A stretch of 64,000 nt of DNA from the NCBI RefSeq assembly GCF_009914755.1, contig NC_060942.1, one strand, 5' to 3'. This DNA comes from the human T2T-CHM13v2.0 reference genome, Homo sapiens. A program made the position numbers and the translations under genes. The notes below the pieces were generated by a model, which had not been told where the DNA came from, did no database searches, and saw nothing but the letters and a program-made list of their open reading frames with translations. Within the stretch, counting starts at the first letter, position 1, and every line of letters begins with the position of its first letter. Shown here in pieces: positions 60,301-64,000 of the stretch.

Positions 60301-60495
60301 TTGGTCCCACTGTGAATCAGATTTGGGCTAAGGCTTAATCTGCCACCTGACTGCTATAAGCCTTCACTTTGACTTGTGAGCACAGTCACATCTGAGGTCT
60401 CTAGGAGTTAGTCAATACAGAGACAATGTCTGCTAATTCCCAAAATATCTGTGTAGTTCCTTTTCCCCAGTGTATAGTCACTGTTATAAATGACT
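57363..60495 (-). pseudogene. ERV-L pol remnant, multiply frameshifted
   Basis: Protease-like VTIHWGKG...ELADIVS (~60410-60490); RT YYIDKIILIG; RNaseH-like INNQVNK; integrase VDYIG..SWRGKRFVLTEIDTY; dUTPase-like DTAMAPSNWQMKLP. Confidence 0.85.
59798..59915 (+). repeat. Donor copy of a 118-bp local duplication (inside ERV-L RT region)
   Basis: 114/118 identical to 61162-61279 (manual alignment). Confidence 0.95.
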
Positions 60496-60559
60496 ACATG
60501 TTCCATTGGGAAAGCTTAGGAAAAAAGCTAAGGTATACACTACCTGACTGAGTATTAGT

Positions 60560-60905
60560 TATCTGAGCTGTGACAGACTGGGACTGGCAAAGCGGAAACT
60601 GCATACTTTGGTGCTGATGAGACTCCCTGGGAAGCCACCCCCTGAGGTATAAGTTACACTTGCTAGTAAGCCACTCTAAGTGGTACTGGGAAAACTTGCT
60701 GAAAAGCATGTACCCCTGGGTGTCCCACAGGCCACTGGAACTAGAAACAGAAGCCCCTTCCTCCTCTAGTGTCTTTCCAGCACCATCTACTGAGAAAGCT
60801 TAACAATATTTAAAGTTAGTCCAGCTGACAATGCACAAATGTTTCCAGTATCACAAAGCAGAATGAAGAAGGATGGATTTGGAGCTGAAAGGCAAGAAAT
60901 TGATT
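60560..60905 (-). mobile_element. Partial 5' LTR of the ERV-L provirus
   Basis: About 60750-60905 aligns loosely to 56520-56676; left boundary uncertain. Confidence 0.6.
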
Positions 60906-61002
60906 AGACTATTTATTGTATCAGTTTTTTAAAAAATTGAGCACCTGTTACCTGCCAGGCATGGTATTTGCTGCCAGGCATGCAGAATTTAAGAGATCGA
61001 AT

Positions 61003-62120
61003 TGATGGCAGCGGCTGCCATCACACTAGCTGTAGCAGAGAGGTGTGGCTGGGGCTGCACACCCCATGGAGCTGGTGGGAGCCCTACTTCTTCTGAATTG
61101 GGGAAGGAGCTCCCTGCCTGTTGCTGCAGCCACCCAAACTGTGGCTGGTGGTTTGGGTGGTTTGGTTCTGGTGGTTCTTATAAATTGATATGAGGGAGAA
61201 AAGCATTATTTAAGTCAACAGCTGTATACCAAGTGCCAGGGGCTGTGTTGCTCAAATACAGATCTGGAATAGCAACACACAGAGGTGCAGGACCTGGGCG
61301 TCTCTCCAGCCTGCACCCTGGGGGGCCTGGGAATCCCCCCCCCCAACCCCTGCAGGCTCAGAGGTGTCTACTCCTGCTGCCTGGCCTCTCTCCACTCCCT
61401 GTGCTGGCTCTGCTCTCAGAGTGGGCGGTTGGGGTGGAGCCCTGGGGCCATGAATGGCAGGGTTCAGGCCAGGGCCTGAAGGCTGGGGGCTGGACTGCCA
61501 GTCTTGCAGACCAGAGTAGGGACTCGTGGTGCCTCTTCCAGGCCTGGCCATAGCTCCTCATGGACCAATCAGCAAATACTTCCTCCCCTCTGAGGTTCAT
61601 AAAAGCCCTGGGCTCAGCCAGAGCAGGAGAGAGGACAACCAGAGCAGGGCAGAGAATGGAGAGATGATGGGATGACCACCTCAGAGAGGAGCTATCCTCT
61701 TTGCTGAGATCTTCAGAGACATGCAGAGATGTCTGAAGAACCTGCCTGGGAGAGGAGCCATGCTCTCCAGGGTTGCTCCTCTCTGTTAAGAGTGGCAGAC
61801 ATCCAGGGTCTCCTCTCTGCTGAGAGCAGCAGATGTCAGGATAACCAGTGGGCAGAGACAAGCTACCCTCTTCAGGGCTTCTCTCTGCTGAGAGATGAAC
61901 ACATGACAGGACAACCTGCCTACAGAGAGGAGCTAGCTATCCCACTGTGGGTCTCCTCTGAGCTGTTCTAAAACTAAATAAAGCTCCTCCTTGTCTTCTT
62001 CACCCTTCACTTGTCTGTGAACCTCATTCTTCCTGGACGCAGGACAAGAACTTGGGCAAAGACACCACCAGTCACAGAGGTTTCCGGAAAGAAAACTGAC
62101 ACCCCAAAGATCTTGCAACA
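61003..62120 (+). mobile_element. MER52 solo LTR (ERV1), inserted in an L2
   Basis: Starts TGATGGCAGCGGCTGCCATCAC; CATGGACCAATCAGCA, CATAAAAGCCCTGG, AATAAAGCTCCTC; ends TCTTGCAACA; flanks GAAT/CAAT. Confidence 0.88.
61162..61279 (+). repeat. Inserted copy of the ERV-L RT segment within MER52
   Basis: 114/118 identical to 59798-59915. Confidence 0.95.
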
Positions 62121-63700
62121 CAATCTCTACCCTAAGGAATCACATAGATCCATGAGAAGATAGGAAATATACAGAACAACTATAAGAAAAGGAGTGTCTA
62201 ATGTACAGCAGGGGAAATAGGAGAAGGGATATCTGAGTGTACCAGGGAAATGCCTTCCTGCAAAGAAGTAGGGTTGGGCCTTTTTTCTTCCAGGGTGTGG
62301 AGAAGTCTTCTAGACAGAGAACTGGGACAAAGGGAGGGCATTATAAAAAGGGACTCCAGCAGGAAAAAAGGCAGGGTGGCATGATCACGTACGGTGTTCA
62401 GAGCACCATGAGTAATTCAACAATGATGCAGTACAAATTTCTAGAAGGGAAAGATTAAAGATGAAGCTGGTATCATTCTATGTGTGTGTGTTTAGGACTC
62501 TCCCCTGTCATGCAAAGGAGTTGGATAAATTCCACAAAGTCACATGGCATGGGCTAAGACACAGGCTTTGTTGGGAAATGCGCAAACTCACAAAGCAGAG
62601 GTGCATGTAGTTCTCCAGTCTTCTCTTTTTCCCCATGGAGAAGTCTGCTAGGGTATGTGATAAACATGGCATAGGTTCTACTCCAGCGGATGGAGTCTTA
62701 GCCTATCTGGGTTTTTATGGATGAAGTGAGAGAAAACGTTTTTGTCAGCAGGAGAATACACAGGCTGCTTAGCACCAGGCTGGATTTGAGAAAGCCAGCT
62801 GCCCTGCACCCTGGGAAATCTGGAGCAGTGGGATGTTAAAAGTTTTTCGTCTAGAAAGAGGAAGGCTGTGGTCATGTAGGAAGCTAGACTTGGGTGTTAC
62901 CCTCCTGTGGAACCAGAGGATCCCCTGGGTCTCAGCTAGCTGCCTGTTTGGGCAACTCATGGTGGACCCTCAGTCTCATTTCCATACAGTGTTGCCCTTT
63001 GCATATTAGACAAGCATGTAAAGGCCAAATAATAAGGGTTTTATTGCCATGTTAAGTAGTTTTGCTTTTAACTGGTTAGGCAATAGAGACCACTAAAAAA
63101 TTTTCAGTGGCAATTTGCTCAACATGATTGGACTTGCAGATTAAAAAGAACAGTCCAGTAGCAGTGTGGAGGTTAGACTGGAGGGGTGTGAGACCAGAGG
63201 CAGAGAAATGAATAAGGCTAAAGAAAAAGAAGAGGAAGCTTGAGCCAGGGCATTGACAGAACACGGAAAGGAAAAGATATGAGGATATTTGGAAGTAGAA
63301 TCGATAGGCTTTCTGGCTAACAATTGGATGTGGGATAAAAGTTACAGGAGATTGCAGGAGAAATCAAGGCTAACTCCCAGGTTTCTAGCTTAGAAATCTT
63401 GGTAGACAGAGGTGCCATTAATCAAGAAGAGGGATATAGGAATGAAGGAGAATAGCTGACGATTCAGAAAGGAAGACAATGATGAATTCCATCCTGGAAA
63501 TGTTGAGTTTGATGTCTTTGGGGCACCCGTGAGGTGGTGTCCATATGCAGTTGGATTTACGGATTCAGGTCTCGGAAGGAAGACCTTGCCTGGAATATAG
63601 ATTTGAGAATCTCCAGAATATAAGTGTAGGCTGAAGGTTATGATGGGGGAAGAAACAGTACATGAGTGTAAGCATAAGGCCCCCCCAAAAACTGCCAGAA
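62121..63700 (-). mobile_element. L2 fragments (continuing from ~60910-61002), with an unassigned interruption at ~62480-63010
   Basis: CCCAGGTTTCTAGCTT, GGTGCCATTAATCAAGA, ATGTTGAGTTTGA, GCAGTTGGAT motifs. Confidence 0.7.
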
Positions 63701-63899
63701 TACTGACACTGAGTTATTATGGCAGCCCCAACCCAACGTCAAGAAGAGCAACTCAGTGCATCTTAGGAAAAGGCTTAGAATCCTCTAGAGTTTGTGGGAA
63801 AAAGGACTTCATTTGGGAAGGGACCACCAGTGACAGAACAATGAAGAGAATGCTCTAGTTCTCTAAATTACTTATCATGGATTAAGAAAAAAATAGTAA

Positions 63900-64000
63900 T
63901 GACAATTCTTCCTACTGCTTTTGAGAGTCTATTTTGAGTCAGGTAGGTGCTTTTCACATATTACCTCACTTGACTCTCACAACATCCCTGTTAGGTAGTT
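63900..64000 (-). mobile_element. MIR fragment (runs off the window)
   Basis: GGTGCTTTTCACATATTACCTCACTTGACTCTCACAACATCCCTG. Confidence 0.65.

Larger units (their letters stand above)
56004..60905 (-). mobile_element. Decayed ERV-L provirus: partial 5' LTR, pro-RT-RNaseH-IN-dUTPase remnants, 3' LTR; gag missing
   Basis: Related LTR segments at both ends (AAAGCTTAACA...GTATCACAAAGCAG...GATTTGGAG); minus-strand peptides resemble HERV-L pol. Confidence 0.85.

Noticed and set aside
61002-62121. GC-rich ORFs and possible promoter or CpG island
   Set aside because: Explained by the MER52 LTR; its CpGs are largely decayed

Overview
Primate genomic DNA, almost certainly human (it carries an AluYa5 with all five diagnostic bases). 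I recognise no cellular protein-coding exon, structural RNA gene or CpG island, so the window is intergenic or deep intronic. It is dominated by interspersed repeats: about 26 Alu elements or fragments (two are Alu-in-Alu nests), a 5'-truncated L1PA with broken ORF2, older L1M/L2/L3/MIR fragments, many solo LTRs (THE1, MST/MLT1, MER41-like, MER52, MER21/77-like, LTR16/33-like), a decayed gag-less ERV-L provirus, and DNA transposons (MER20, MER5, Charlie1, MER94-like, one intact piggyBac MER85). Nearly all ORF-track entries are repeat or low-complexity artefacts. The best leads are: two local ~117-bp direct duplications (one pasted into a MER52 LTR from an ERV-L RT 1.36 kb away), a fold-back hairpin at a deletion junction, a micro-inversion in an Alu monomer, a 37-bp VNTR born inside an MLT1 LTR, a forkhead+HNF4 motif cluster, an ETS mini-repeat, and AG|GTAAG recursive-splice-like sites. 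I see no evidence of a new multi-gene biological system. Repeat family names come from remembered consensus sequences, not database searches, and boundaries of old repeats are approximate.
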